Below, piece by piece: positions 62,700 to 64,000 of a stretch of DNA of 64,000 nt. This stretch comes from Blasia pusilla (Eukaryota). The stretch lies in the NCBI GenBank assembly GCA_050084515.1, contig CM114271.1, forward strand, positions 31,000,001-31,064,000. Reading direction: 5' to 3'. The stretch's first letter is position 1, and each line of letters starts with the position of its first letter. A program made the translations under genes and the position numbers. The notes under the pieces are model-generated. The model saw only the letters and a list, made by a program, of their open reading frames with translations, ran no database searches and was not told the origin of the DNA.

Positions 62700-64000
62700 T
62701 GTCTAGGTAGAGATGCGATTTCATACATAGGGTTGGGGGTTACTCAATTGAGGGTGACTTTTCCATTAGGGCCCGCTCTTAGGTTGGAGGATATAAGGTG
62801 GAGTGCACTCAAAGAACAGTCAGTTCTTTGAGTTGAGCCTATTGCGTTGGGAGTTAGCCTTGGTAGTGAGTAGAGCTCTTGGCTATGGTGTTTCCCGCAA
62901 GCTTTGACCAAGATTCTTCCATCGTGGAGTGGGTTTGGCTCGATTGTATGTGATTCTATACGTCTTTTATGACAGAAGGTCTTTCACGGATTTCACTCAA
63001 AGAACTGACGTAGATCGATGGTACCTTCGATTGTGGATCAGTAGGATCTGGTTAGGGCTGATTGTGTACTCACCCATGGATGTTCATGTCTTGTGGCCTA
63101 TGTTGGAGGTGTAAATCTGGTGCGTGGATGTTGGAAACAAAGCGCCTTGCTGAGAGCTTTCCAACGCGCTTTAGATCGCGGGATTTCGTCAAGGGAGTTG
63201 GAAGTTATCAAGGTTTGAAGATTCTGGTTTGTGTTTGACGGTTTTCTGATGTGGAGAGCTTGGAGTGCGGAAGCTCTGTTGAAGTTCATCCAAATTGGGT
63301 GAGAGGTTCTTGTTGCTACTTGTATTGTGATCTCATGTGAAGCTATCTGCTCGAGTGTGTGGAGCGTTGCGGATTTCTGCGTGCATGAAATCAGACGGAT
63401 ATTTGTCGGATTTTGCGATTCTGGAGGTGTATGGACAGCAAGTTTGTCTGATTTTTAGCTCAGAGTACAGAGCTCGGTTGTAGCTGATTTTTTGTGGAGA
63501 GATAGCTATGGTGGTCAATTGAATTCTGGTTGAAACAGATTCAATTTGGGTCACGGATTTGTGAAGAAATTGCTGATCGAAATTTCGCGGACTAGCTCAA
63601 GGTCTTGCTATGGTGGACAGCGGATCGGAGGGGCTAGTTGGTTGGTGACTCGTTCATTGTTGGAGACAACTTCTTCGAGGCAACTCGTGGTAGCTCGGGG
63701 CGAGTGGGCGTGAGAGGCGGAGTAAGGAGCAAGAAGCAAGCAAGCGAGCTTGCTTGCTTGCTTGGGCGTGAGGCAGTTTTTGCAGGATTTGTGATTTGAG
63801 TGTTGCATAACTGGTCACCCATCTTTGGGCTATTCCGCCTGGAAGACGCTTAAGTGCTGAGTTCTTAACTATGCCAGTGTACACATTAGTGTAGCTCATT
63901 TGGTGCTGTTCGGAGATGTGTTAGGCACTTTATGCATCTCAGGTTTTTGGTTGATGTACCTCTAGCGCATAGTATGGTGTAGCCTCTCCATGCAGGTGAT

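Noticed and set aside
62700-64000. Possible further LTR starting TG at 62700 and truncating the Copia integrase
   Set aside because: No second end, TSD or coding support within the window.

Overview
This is eukaryotic nuclear DNA from a land plant, probably a non-seed plant (inferred from spliceosomal introns, a GT37 fucosyltransferase and the transposon content). It holds two host genes: the first exon of an MDP-1-type HAD phosphatase (802-1103, -) and an intact single-exon GT37 fucosyltransferase (32812-34731, -). Most of the rest is nested, decayed mobile DNA, in which three things stand out. (1) A Ty3/Gypsy retroelement (~8764-18903, -) carries a DNMT3-like C5-cytosine methyltransferase between protease and RT and ends in a PHD finger; a second diverged fragment of the family lies at ~5260-6085. 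(2) An 11.6-kb hAT transposon (19674-31264, TIRs plus 8-bp TSD) carries antisense protein-kinase and RING-finger cargo. (3) An intron-containing, LINE-interrupted pseudogene (48337-58613, +) appears to fuse a ParB/Srx-like domain to a beta-class N6A/N4C amino-methyltransferase, and about 25-30 copies of one long palindrome lie upstream of it and inside both introns. Also present: a solo LTR, a full-length RTE-X-like LINE with TSD, a truncated CACTA, a Helitron dimer and two Copia remnants. All domain calls come from reading motifs by eye; no searches were run.
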